Shown: in pieces, positions 8,172-16,771 of the stretch
How the letters are laid out: each line of letters begins with the position of its first letter
Position numbering within the stretch: the stretch's first letter is position 1
Origin: Candidatus Eiseniibacteriota bacterium
GTDB taxonomy: Bacteria; Eisenbacteria; RBG-16-71-46; JABDJR01
Direction of reading: 5' to 3'
Assembly (NCBI GenBank): GCA_963762255.1
Contig: CAVXKA010000003.1
Location: 224,001-288,000 of the forward strand
DNA length: 64,000 bases
The notes under the pieces: model-generated
The model's database searches: none
What the model saw: only the letters and a program-made list of their open reading frames with translations
What the model was told of the DNA's origin: nothing
Translations under genes and position numbers: made by a program

Positions 8172-9248
8172 GAGTCGACCTCTTCCTCTCGGTCCAGAGG
8201 CAGAGAGATCCGAAACGTAGCGCCCCCTTCGCGACGGTTGCGCGCGGTCAGGCGGCCGCCGTGCCCACGGACGATGTTCGTGGAGATCGGCAGGCCCAGC
8301 CCGGTGCCGTTGTGCCGCGTGGTGAAGAAGGGCTTGAAGATCTGGTCGAGCAAGTCGTCGGGGATCCCATGCCCGGTGTCGCTCACGAAGATCTCGGCTG
8401 CCGGGGGACGCCCCGAGCGGAAGCGGCGAAGCGTGGTGGTCACGCGCAGCCTCCCGCCTTCCGGCATCGCCTCCAGGGAGTTGCGGATGAGATTCAGGAG
8501 GACCTGCTGGAGATTGTCGGGAGAGAAGACGAAGGCGGGCAGATCGGGCGAGAGGTTGCGCTTCACCTCGATCTCCGCCTCCTTGAACTGGGACTCCATC
8601 GAGTCCAGCACCCGCCCCACCAGCGCGTTCAGAGTCCGTCCGGACCTTGTGCCCCTCGACCGGCCGGCCGAAGAGGAGTAGGTCTCCGATGATCTGCTCG
8701 ATGCGGTCGAGTTCCTTGACGACTTCCTGAAGATCCTCGTGCCGCGCGTCTTCCGGGTCGAGTTTGGAATCCACGAACTGCACGGTCGTGCGCACGCCGG
8801 TCAGCGGATTGCGAATCTCGTGGGCCACGCAGGCGGAAAGCTCACCCAGGGAGTCGAGGTACGCCTTCTCTTCCAGAGGGTCCCGCTCGGTGGATCGGGA
8901 ATCGCGCAGGGTGAGAAGCGTTCCCACTTCCTCCTCCCCGTCCCGCAGCGAATAGACTCCCACCCGCAACAGCCGGCGCCTGCCCTTGATGCGGGCCTTG
9001 AGACGGCGGTCGCCGGCGGGGGCGCCGAGGCGATCCACCGGGTCGGTGCTCCACCACGTCGGATCCTCGCTCCGCACGACCTCGGTGAGGTCCTTTCCCT
9101 TCAATTCCTCCGCCGTCGCGCGCAACAGCACGCACGCGGCCGCGTTGGAGGAGAGGATCCTGTGGCGCCCGTCCAGCGCGACGGATGCGAGAGGGATGCG
9201 ATCGAAGGCGATCTCGGACCAGGTGCGGGCCGTGGTCGATCCGGGCAT
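8168..9248 (-). CDS. PAS-domain sensor histidine kinase, frameshifted near 8633
   Basis: PAS and H-box AHEIRNPL lie in one frame; N box LLNLIRNS, DTGHGI, FKPFFTT and GTGLGL lie in another. Removing one base (GAC-T-CTG-AAC) joins them. Confidence 0.85.
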
Positions 9249-9296
9249 GCTTGGGCTTGACCTTCCTTCCCGCAGGTTACCGGCGAGGTTGCCGGC

Positions 9297-9713
9297 CTAC
9301 GGGCGCGACGCTGCTTTGCGTTCGGTGGCGATGGCGAGCTTCTCGGCTCCGGCCTGGCGGGCCATATCCATGACCTCCACCAGCCGTCCCAGGCTCACCG
9401 TCTCGTCTCCGCGCACGACCACGGACTTGGATACCGCCCCCGAGAGGCGCACACCGAGGGCAGTCGCCAACTCGGGCGCCGCCACCCGCTCCTCGTCGAC
9501 GTAGGTCACACCGTCGCGTGTGATCGTGACCACCACCGGTTGGTCCTTGCTCGTGACCGAGGACTCCGACTTCGGCGGGTTCACCGGAATCCCCGTAGGC
9601 AATATAAACGAAGACGAGAGAAGAAAGAAGATCAGAAGCAGGAACACGAAGTCCGCCATCGGCGTGCTGTCCATGCTGCCGATGATTTGATCCCGCTCCT
9701 GGAATTGGAACAT
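9297..9713 (-). CDS. exbD: Biopolymer transport protein ExbD/TolR
   Basis: TPMADFVFLLLIFF TM segment with the conserved Asp; VVVRGD...VMD motif. Confidence 0.9.
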   Translation of the reverse strand: MFQFQERDQIIGSMDSTPMADFVFLLLIFFLLSSSFILPTGIPVNPPKSESSVTSKDQPVVVTITRDGVTYVDEERVAAPELATALGVRLSGAVSKSVVVRGDETVSLGRLVEVMDMARQAGAEKLAIATERKAASRP

Positions 9714-10360
9714 CAGCGCTCCCCGCTCTTGGCAGCCGGCGCGCCCGGCGCCGCCTTGCCGGAGCGCAGGGAATCGACGAGGTTCTGCGACGCCTCTTCC
9801 ATCTCCATGATCACCGCGTGGACCTGGCTCACGATCCAGTTGTTGGCGAAGAGCGTGGGGATGGCCACGAGGAGGCCGGCGGCGGTCGTGATCATGGCCT
9901 GCCAGATGCCCCCGGCCAGCACCGATGCGTTCACGTTGCCCCCCAGGCTCTCGATCTGCTGAAAGGCCTTGATCATGCCGAGGACCGTGCCCAGGAACCC
10001 CAGGAGGGGCGCGCCGGCCACGATGGTGGCGAGGCCGGCCACGTGCGTACGGAGCCGCCTCGCTTCCTTCTCGCCGGCGTATTGGATCGACTCCTTGATG
10101 CGCACCTCATCCTCGCCGATCTTCTCCAACCCGGCCAGGAAGATGCGAGCGAGAGGGTTGGGGTGCTCCCGGGCCCGGCGTTCCACCTCATCGAGATGGC
10201 CGTACTTGAGGATTCCCTGAATGCTGACCTGGAACGCGTCCATCCGCTTCCTCGTCCCGCGCAGCAGCCACAGCTTCTCCAGAACGATGGCCAGCGCGAC
10301 CACCGAGCAGAGAATGATCGGGACCATGAGCGGTCCCCCCTTGCTGATCCACTCGAGCAT
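9713..10360 (-). CDS. exbB: MotA/TolQ/ExbB proton channel protein
   Basis: APLLGFLGTVLGMI and GIWQAMITTAAGLLVAIP motifs. Confidence 0.9.
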   Translation of the reverse strand: MLEWISKGGPLMVPIILCSVVALAIVLEKLWLLRGTRKRMDAFQVSIQGILKYGHLDEVERRAREHPNPLARIFLAGLEKIGEDEVRIKESIQYAGEKEARRLRTHVAGLATIVAGAPLLGFLGTVLGMIKAFQQIESLGGNVNASVLAGGIWQAMITTAAGLLVAIPTLFANNWIVSQVHAVIMEMEEASQNLVDSLRSGKAAPGAPAAKSGER

Positions 10361-10456
10361 GCACCCTCCTCCAGGCGAGACGGTTCCCCGCCGCGCGCGT
10401 TCCGCCGACGGTGAAGATTGTAGTGTGCGAGCGGCATCGGGGCGTACCCCGAATCG

Positions 10457-11692
10457 TCAACGGGTCCGGGTTTCCCGATCGAGGAACCGCAGGCGAAGCC
10501 GCCTCAGCCCGTACGGATGCACCGCCAACACCTCGAACTCGAGTGCCCCCACCCGCACGCGTTCCCCGACCGCGGGGATTCGTCCCAGACGCCGCAGCAC
10601 CAGCCCCCCCACCGTGTCGAACCGGTCCTTCGCCAGCGCGGTCCCGAGCTCCTGGTTCAACTCGTCGATGTCCAGCGTCGCATCCATGACATAGCCATCC
10701 CCGACCTTCTGCAGGGGAAGGCTCAACTCCTGATGCTCGTCGGCCAGCTCGCCCATGATCTCTTCCACGATGTCCTCGACGCTCACGATGCCGATGCAGG
10801 AACCGAACTCGTTCACCACCAGGGCCATGGTCTCTCGTCTCTTCTGGAGTTCGACCAGAACCCTTGGGATCCGCGAGGTCTCGGGGATGACGACCATCTG
10901 CCGCACGTACTCGGCGACGGTCGCCTTGGGCTCCTGGTCATAAAGGATGTCGAAGACGTTCACGAGGCCGACGAGGGTGTCCACCCGCTGCCGGTAGATC
11001 GGGATCCGGGTGTAGCGATGCCTGCGCACGAGGTCGAGAAGCTCGGAGGGAGCCGCAGTCTCGGGGAGCGACACTACGTCCGGAAGCGGAATCATCACCT
11101 CGCGGACGATCGTTCCCCCGAATTCGAAGATGCTCTCCAACATGTGCTGCTCGCCGGAGCCGAGCCGGCCCCGCGTCTCCCTCACCAACTGACGCAGCTC
11201 CTCCCGGGTCACGAAGGCGCTCCGCCCGCTCCGTCCGGTGATCGTGTGGAGCAGGGAGGTGGCCACCCACTGCACAGGCGCGAGGATCCAGGTCACCGCA
11301 CGGATGAACCACAGGAACCGCGGTACTCCGTCCTCCGCGTGCCGCCGGAAGTAGATCTTGGGAGCGAGTTCCGAGAAGACCAGAAGGATGACGGTCATGA
11401 CCGCGGTGGCGGCGATCGAGCCACCGGTCTCGCCCATGCCGAGGATGCGCGTCGCCGCATAGGTGGCCAGCGCGCCGCTCCCGACGTTACAGAGCGTGTT
11501 CCCGATAAGGAAGGTGGTCAGCACGCGCTCCGGGCGCTCGATGAGGCGCAGGAGACGGGCCGCCACCGCATCGCCGCGCCGCGCCCGCACGCGCAGCCGC
11601 ACGCGGCTCAGCGACACCACTCCCGTCTCGAGTCCCGCAAAGAGGGCGGAGGCCACGACGGACAGGAGAAGGAGGGGGATCACCGTGCCCAT
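10457..11692 (-). CDS. CNNM/hemolysin-family protein (DUF21-CBS-CorC), paralog 2
   Basis: SALFAGLETG, TFLIGNT, FSELAPK, VREVMIP, YTRIP and VVNEFG...VEDIVEEIMGE motifs; ATG overlaps the upstream TGA. Confidence 0.88.
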   Translation of the reverse strand: MGTVIPLLLLSVVASALFAGLETGVVSLSRVRLRVRARRGDAVAARLLRLIERPERVLTTFLIGNTLCNVGSGALATYAATRILGMGETGGSIAATAVMTVILLVFSELAPKIYFRRHAEDGVPRFLWFIRAVTWILAPVQWVATSLLHTITGRSGRSAFVTREELRQLVRETRGRLGSGEQHMLESIFEFGGTIVREVMIPLPDVVSLPETAAPSELLDLVRRHRYTRIPIYRQRVDTLVGLVNVFDILYDQEPKATVAEYVRQMVVIPETSRIPRVLVELQKRRETMALVVNEFGSCIGIVSVEDIVEEIMGELADEHQELSLPLQKVGDGYVMDATLDIDELNQELGTALAKDRFDTVGGLVLRRLGRIPAVGERVRVGALEFEVLAVHPYGLRRLRLRFLDRETRTR

Positions 11693-12984
11693 CAGCGGGG
11701 CCCCTCGACCGGCGCCGTCGCCGTCACCAGGACGCGATGCGCGCGGTGGCGCCGCACGGCGAGTACCCGGAACGTGAAGGGCCCGTCGACCGGCGCATCG
11801 CCCGGCCGCGGCGGGCGCCCGAGCAGGTGGGCCACGTGCCCCGCCACGGTCTCCGCGGGGCCCGGCTCCCAGCGCACCCCGGTCTCCTGGATCAGGTCGT
11901 AGAGGAGGTAGAGGCCGTCCACGCGCCACATCCGGGGTCCCGCCGGTTCCATCGGCAGGGCGTGGTCCCGCTCCTGTTCGTCGAAGATCTCCCCCACGAC
12001 CGTCTCCGCCAAGTCCTCCCTGGTGAGAATCCCCTCCGTGCCGCCGTACTCGTTCACCACGACCACCAAGCCGAGCCTGCGGGCCTGGATTTCACCCAGT
12101 ATGCGGTTCAGCCGCGCGCGCTCCGGGACGAAGTGCACGGGGCGCAGGAGCGCGTCGAGAGGAAGATCGGGGTCGAGCAGATACTCCTTCGCGTTGATGA
12201 AACCGATGATCTGATCGAGCGAGTCGCGATAGACCGGCAGTCGGCTGTGTCGCGCCTCCGGGACGCGCCGGCGGAGTTCCTCTCGGGAGATGTCCACGGG
12301 CAGCGCCACGAGATCCACCCGGGGGGTCATGATCTCGTAGGCGCGGGTCTCGAAGAACTCGAAGATGTTGGCGGCCATCTCCCCCTCGTCCTCGCTCACC
12401 TCCTGTCCGGCCTGCACGTCCTCGAAGAGCACCTGGAGTTCGCCCGGCCCGAGACCGCTCCCCTGCCGTTCCGCTGCCATGCCGCTCGCGCGCAGGAGGG
12501 CGCGGGCGGCGATTTCGAGGAGCCGGGCCAGAGGGGAGAAGACCCGCAGGACGGGGTCGAGGGCCAATGCGGCGTATGGGGCAAGCCGCGGGGCCCAATG
12601 GACGGCGGTCCCCTTCGGCAGGACCTCGCCGAACAGGAGAATCAGCGTGGTCCCGAGTACGACCGATGCTGTGACCGGATTCCCCCCCACGAGGCGGGGC
12701 TCGAGCCGGTTGGTGATGGCCAGAGCCACGCTCGATCCGGCTACGTTCACCAGTGTGTTCCCGAGCAGAATGCCGGCGAGGAGGCGCTCGGGGTGGGCGG
12801 CCATGGCGGCCACCAAGCGCTCCCGGCGGGAATGGGAGCGCTCGAAGCGACGGATCTGGAGACGATCGAGGGAGAAGATAGCGGTCTCGCTCCCCGAGAA
12901 CAGGGCGGACAGGGCCAGCAACGCTGCGAAAACGACGAGAAACGGCACCAAGTCAGGGGTCACGCCGGGAAACTCCGTTGCCAT
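11692..12984 (-). CDS. CNNM/hemolysin-family protein (DUF21-CBS-CorC), paralog 1
   Basis: SALFSGSETA, ILLGNT, FGEVLPK, EIMTPRVD, HSRLPV and VVNEYGGTEGI motifs. Confidence 0.9.
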   Translation of the reverse strand: MATEFPGVTPDLVPFLVVFAALLALSALFSGSETAIFSLDRLQIRRFERSHSRRERLVAAMAAHPERLLAGILLGNTLVNVAGSSVALAITNRLEPRLVGGNPVTASVVLGTTLILLFGEVLPKGTAVHWAPRLAPYAALALDPVLRVFSPLARLLEIAARALLRASGMAAERQGSGLGPGELQVLFEDVQAGQEVSEDEGEMAANIFEFFETRAYEIMTPRVDLVALPVDISREELRRRVPEARHSRLPVYRDSLDQIIGFINAKEYLLDPDLPLDALLRPVHFVPERARLNRILGEIQARRLGLVVVVNEYGGTEGILTREDLAETVVGEIFDEQERDHALPMEPAGPRMWRVDGLYLLYDLIQETGVRWEPGPAETVAGHVAHLLGRPPRPGDAPVDGPFTFRVLAVRRHRAHRVLVTATAPVEGPR

Positions 12985-13173
12985 GCCATGAAGCCCCTAT
13001 CTTCCTGGAGGCGCGCCCGGTCTGCAAGCCCGCCTCTTGTTCTACCGGCCGATGTTTTGGTATGTTTGTTGCCTTGTTTTGGCGGCTGCTTTCGCTCGCC
13101 GCCGCTCCTCGGCTCCGGGATACTCGCCCCGGACCCACCGAGCCCTCGACCGATACACAGGAGAAGACCGCCC

Positions 13174-15003
13174 ATGCTCGAGGCCATGCGCCGCAACACC
13201 AAGGTGATCCTGTGGGTCACCATCATCGCGTTCGTGCTCCTCATGTTTCTGGTCTGGGGCGCGGACCTTTCGGGAAACCGCAGCGGCCCGCGGGCGGACA
13301 CCATCGGCACGGTGAACGGAGATCGGATCCTCTTCACCGAGTACCAGCAGGAGTTGGGCCGCAACCGAGAAATCGCCCGCTCCCAGGGACGGGAACTCCA
13401 GCCGTCCGACGAACTGATGCTGGAGGAGCAGACCTGGAACAACATCGTGACGCGCCGGCTTCTCATGCAGGAGGCGGCCCGCAGGAACATGCTGGTTCGG
13501 GACAGCGAGGTGAGGTCGGTTCTTCTGAATAACCCGCCCGCGTTCATCACCCAGGATCCGAGCTTCCGCGACAAGAGCGGCAACTTCGATCTCGCCACCT
13601 ACAAGGCGACGATTCAGGATCCCCAACTTCCCGAAGAGTTGCTCCTCCAGCTCGAGGACGCGGTTCGGCGCGACCTTCCCATCCAGAAGTTGCAGGACGT
13701 GATCGTCTCATCGGCAAAGGTGAGCGATGAAGAGGTACGGCGGGCCTACCAGGACGAGACCGAGAAGGCCGGGATCAGCTACGCGATCGTGGAGGCCAAC
13801 CGCCCCACCGCAAACTCGGAAGTGACTGATGAGGAGCTGAACACCTACTACGAGGCCCATCGCGTCCAGTACGCACTGCCCAAGCGGGCCACGCTGCGTT
13901 ACGTCACGGTCCCTCGACGGGCCACCACCGAGGACAGCTTGACCACGCGCTCCGATATTGCGGAACTCGCCGCGGAGGCCCGCATCGCCGAGGAGGCTCG
14001 CCGCGCGGGACGCGAGGACGTGGAGCACAGCGACTTCGCCACACTGGCCATGTCCTTCTCCGACGCCCCCAACGCGGACGAGGGCGGTCTGAACGCCGAG
14101 TTCGTGATCCCCGGGCAGCTTCCGCCCCCCTACGCGGCCGCGGTGCAGGGGCTCGGCGTCGGCGACGTCAGCCAGCCGTTCCTTGAGGGAAATCAGTTCC
14201 ATATCCTGCAGGTCGCGGCGGAGAAGGTGGAGGCGGGAGAGCGCCAGGTGCAGTTGCGCGACATCTCGGTGCGCATCGAGCCTTCCGACAGCACGATCGT
14301 GAATGCCCAGGAGCGCCTTGAAACGATTCGGCGCGCAGCGCAGACCGAGGGACTCGAGAAGGCGGGAGCGACTGCCGGTTTGGAAGTCAAGGTCGCCTCC
14401 GGTGTGACCGCAGCCGGGATTGCGCCGGGGCTGAGCGCGATCCCGCAGCTGGCGTCGTTCGCTCTCAGCAATCCACCCGGCACGGTGAGTCGCGTGTACG
14501 GCACCAACAGCGCCTGGTACGTGGTAGAGATCGTCGACGTTCAGCCCGAAGGCGTTCCTCCCCTGGCGGAAATTCGCGACCGGGTCACCAATGAGATCGT
14601 GCGCGAGCGGCGCTTCGCGGAGGCCCGCACGATCGCCGACCGCATCTCCGGCCGGATCAAGGGAGGCATGTCACTCGAGGACGCCGCGGCGGCGGAATCG
14701 GTGCCGGTACAGACGAGCCCCGCGTTTTCGCGGCGCTCCGGCGTCCCTTCCCTCGGCAGGGATCCCGACGTCGTGGCCGAGGCGTTTGCCTTGCCGGTGG
14801 GCGCGGTCAGCGCACCGGTGAAGGGAGCTCGCGGCTGGGTCATTCTGCGGGTAGATGAGCACGCACCGGTGGATTGGGCCGCGTTCGAGCAGCGCAAAGA
14901 CCAGATCCGCCAGTCCCTGCTCAACGTTCGACAGGGTCAGATCTTCAACGGATGGATCGAGAATCTGAGAAGCTCGGCCAAGATCACGGACTTCCGCATG
15001 TAG
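13174..15003 (+). CDS. SurA N-terminal/PpiD-like periplasmic chaperone and peptidyl-prolyl isomerase
   Basis: N-terminal TM anchor after MLEAMRRNTK; IGTVNGDRI; parvulin-like FATLAMSFSD...GG and GDVSQP; SD AGGAG. Confidence 0.85.
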   Translation: MLEAMRRNTKVILWVTIIAFVLLMFLVWGADLSGNRSGPRADTIGTVNGDRILFTEYQQELGRNREIARSQGRELQPSDELMLEEQTWNNIVTRRLLMQEAARRNMLVRDSEVRSVLLNNPPAFITQDPSFRDKSGNFDLATYKATIQDPQLPEELLLQLEDAVRRDLPIQKLQDVIVSSAKVSDEEVRRAYQDETEKAGISYAIVEANRPTANSEVTDEELNTYYEAHRVQYALPKRATLRYVTVPRRATTEDSLTTRSDIAELAAEARIAEEARRAGREDVEHSDFATLAMSFSDAPNADEGGLNAEFVIPGQLPPPYAAAVQGLGVGDVSQPFLEGNQFHILQVAAEKVEAGERQVQLRDISVRIEPSDSTIVNAQERLETIRRAAQTEGLEKAGATAGLEVKVASGVTAAGIAPGLSAIPQLASFALSNPPGTVSRVYGTNSAWYVVEIVDVQPEGVPPLAEIRDRVTNEIVRERRFAEARTIADRISGRIKGGMSLEDAAAAESVPVQTSPAFSRRSGVPSLGRDPDVVAEAFALPVGAVSAPVKGARGWVILRVDEHAPVDWAAFEQRKDQIRQSLLNVRQGQIFNGWIENLRSSAKITDFRM

Positions 15004-15020
15004 TCACGCGGGAACGGCAG

Positions 15021-15070
15021 GCAGACGCCCGGACGGATCGAGGCTCAGCTTGGTGCGTTCGGGCGTTTGC
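15021..15070 (+). terminator. Long hairpin between convergent genes
   Basis: GCAGACGCCCGGACG / CGTTCGGGCGTTTGC form 15 bp; the two G-U pairs are compatible only with the + strand transcript. Confidence 0.6.
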
Positions 15071-15073
15071 GTT

Positions 15074-15493
15074 TCAGCGCGCAGGGACCAGCGAGCGCGG
15101 CTGCCCCACGATCACGGTGAGGTCGTAGGGATAGCCGGGCACCCTCTGCTCCACCACGATCGCCCCCGGCAGCCAGCGCACGACCTCTTCAGCCTTCGTC
15201 CACGAGACCGTGCGCGCGATCACGATGTCCTCGTGATAGTGGAAGTGATCCGCATTGCCGATCTGCTCCACCCGGTACCCGCCGCGCCGCAAGAGCGAGG
15301 CGGCCTGATCGCCCACCCCGCTGATACCGCATCCGTTCAGGACTTCGATGCGCAGGTCGGGATCTCCCGGAGGAGGCGGCGCGGTCGCGCGGTTGCGGTG
15401 GGTCAGACTCCACGCCCCCGCGCCCAGGGAAACCCCCGCCACCAATGCGATCGCCAGCGCGGTCCAGCGAAACCGCCGACGCCTACGGTACAC
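15074..15493 (-). CDS. LytR C-terminal domain membrane protein
   Basis: Basic N-terminus plus TM helix; IEVLNGCGISG, IGNAD and DLTVIVG motifs. Confidence 0.8.
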   Translation of the reverse strand: MYRRRRRFRWTALAIALVAGVSLGAGAWSLTHRNRATAPPPPGDPDLRIEVLNGCGISGVGDQAASLLRRGGYRVEQIGNADHFHYHEDIVIARTVSWTKAEEVVRWLPGAIVVEQRVPGYPYDLTVIVGQPRSLVPAR

Positions 15494-16028
15494 GTCCGCG
15501 TCCCGTGAGCGAGAGCCCTTCCAGCGGGAGCGATTCCATCGCGCGCAGGATCCGAGCGTAGGTGGCCGAGAGCGCCTCGGGGAGAACGCGCGTGTCGGCC
15601 AGCGTGGGCATGAAGTTCGTGTCTCCCGTCCATCGCGGGACGACATGCCAGTGCAGATGTCCAAGCACGCCCGCTCCGCCCGAGCGCCCGAGGTTCGCGC
15701 CCAGGTTGAACCCGTCGGGACGGTATTCCGACTCGAGTACGCGACGGGCCCGCTCCACCGCGGCCAGCACCTCGGCGCGCTCCTCCGGGCCGCCGCCGAG
15801 AAGAGACTCCTCGTGGCGTCGGGGCGCCACCATGAGGTGGCCGCTCGTGTAGGGAAAGGCGTTCAGCATGGTGAAGCAGTGAGGGTAGTGCTCCAGCACC
15901 AGCGTCTCGACGGAGGGAGGCATGCCTGCGACACCGCAGAAGAGGCAGCCTGCGGCTTTGCCTTCCGGCGTCCCCGCCGCTTGATGGATATAGGCCATTC
16001 GCCAGCCCGCCCAGATGCGTTCACTCAT
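15483..16028 (-). CDS. HIT-family hydrolase (Ap4A phosphorylase-like)
   Basis: WAGWRMAY, CLFC, LNAFPYTSGHLM, HLHWHVVPRW and DTNFMP motifs. Confidence 0.92.
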   Translation of the reverse strand: MSERIWAGWRMAYIHQAAGTPEGKAAGCLFCGVAGMPPSVETLVLEHYPHCFTMLNAFPYTSGHLMVAPRRHEESLLGGGPEERAEVLAAVERARRVLESEYRPDGFNLGANLGRSGGAGVLGHLHWHVVPRWTGDTNFMPTLADTRVLPEALSATYARILRAMESLPLEGLSLTGRGRVP

Positions 16029-16771
16029 GCGCGCCCCCTCATCACCAGCCGGGCCGATTCCAATTGGTCCGGCGTGTTGATGCCGGATACCTCCGCTGGA
16101 TCCTCCACCACGATTCCCTCCACCACGCGCCCCTCCGCAAAGGCCAGGGCCACGGTGTCGGTGAGGTAGTACTCGCCCTGGCGGTTGCGGTTCTCGATCC
16201 GAGCCAGGGCCCCGGAGAGGAAGGGATAGGAGAAGGCGTACATGCTCGAGTTGATCTCGGTGATGCGCCGCTGCTCCGGGGTGCAGTCCTTGTCCTCGAC
16301 GATGGCCACCACCCGGCGGCCGGAGGAATCTCGCACGACCCGCCCGTAGCCGGCGGGATCGTCCAGGAGCGCGGTGAGGACCGTCACCGTGGCGCTCGCC
16401 TCGCGGTGGTGCGCCATCATCTGGCGCAGGGTCTCGCCGCGGATGAGCGGAGCGTCGCCGGCCAGCACGGCTACGTCTCCGGTGAAGCCTTCGAGGAGCG
16501 GCGCCGCGCACAGGGCCGCGTGCCCGGTGCCGAGCTGTTCCGCCTGGAGCGCGAACTCCACGCGGCGTCCCCGCAGGGTCTCCCGAACGCGCTCGTGCTG
16601 GTAGCCGACGATGACCACCGTCCGGGGGAATCCCGCCGCCTCCACCGCGTCGATCACGAGGTGGATGAGGGGACGTCCTTCGATGGGATAGAGCACCTTG
16701 GCGAGGTCGGAGCGCATGCGCGTTCCCTTCCCCGCCGCCAGCACCAGCGCCACGGTCTCCGGCAGCCTCAC
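16025..16771 (-). CDS. GlmU N-terminal-like nucleotidyltransferase lacking the acetyltransferase domain
   Basis: LAAGKGTRMRS.LAKVL, EQLGTGHA, GDAPL, GYGRV, EINS, N.QGEYYLTD and GINT motifs; stops at about 248 aa. Confidence 0.85.
   Translation of the reverse strand: MRLPETVALVLAAGKGTRMRSDLAKVLYPIEGRPLIHLVIDAVEAAGFPRTVVIVGYQHERVRETLRGRRVEFALQAEQLGTGHAALCAAPLLEGFTGDVAVLAGDAPLIRGETLRQMMAHHREASATVTVLTALLDDPAGYGRVVRDSSGRRVVAIVEDKDCTPEQRRITEINSSMYAFSYPFLSGALARIENRNRQGEYYLTDTVALAFAEGRVVEGIVVEDPAEVSGINTPDQLESARLVMRGRA

Noticed and set aside
6765-9248. 827-aa ORF as a genuine hybrid kinase-activator
   Set aside because: The middle section is an out-of-frame translation of the HATPase domain. A one-base indel and the GTGA-coupled activator start explain it.
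11737-13173. N-terminal extension making SurA/PpiD 1088 aa
   Set aside because: It is antisense to the CNNM gene; the real start is ATG 13174 with an SD.
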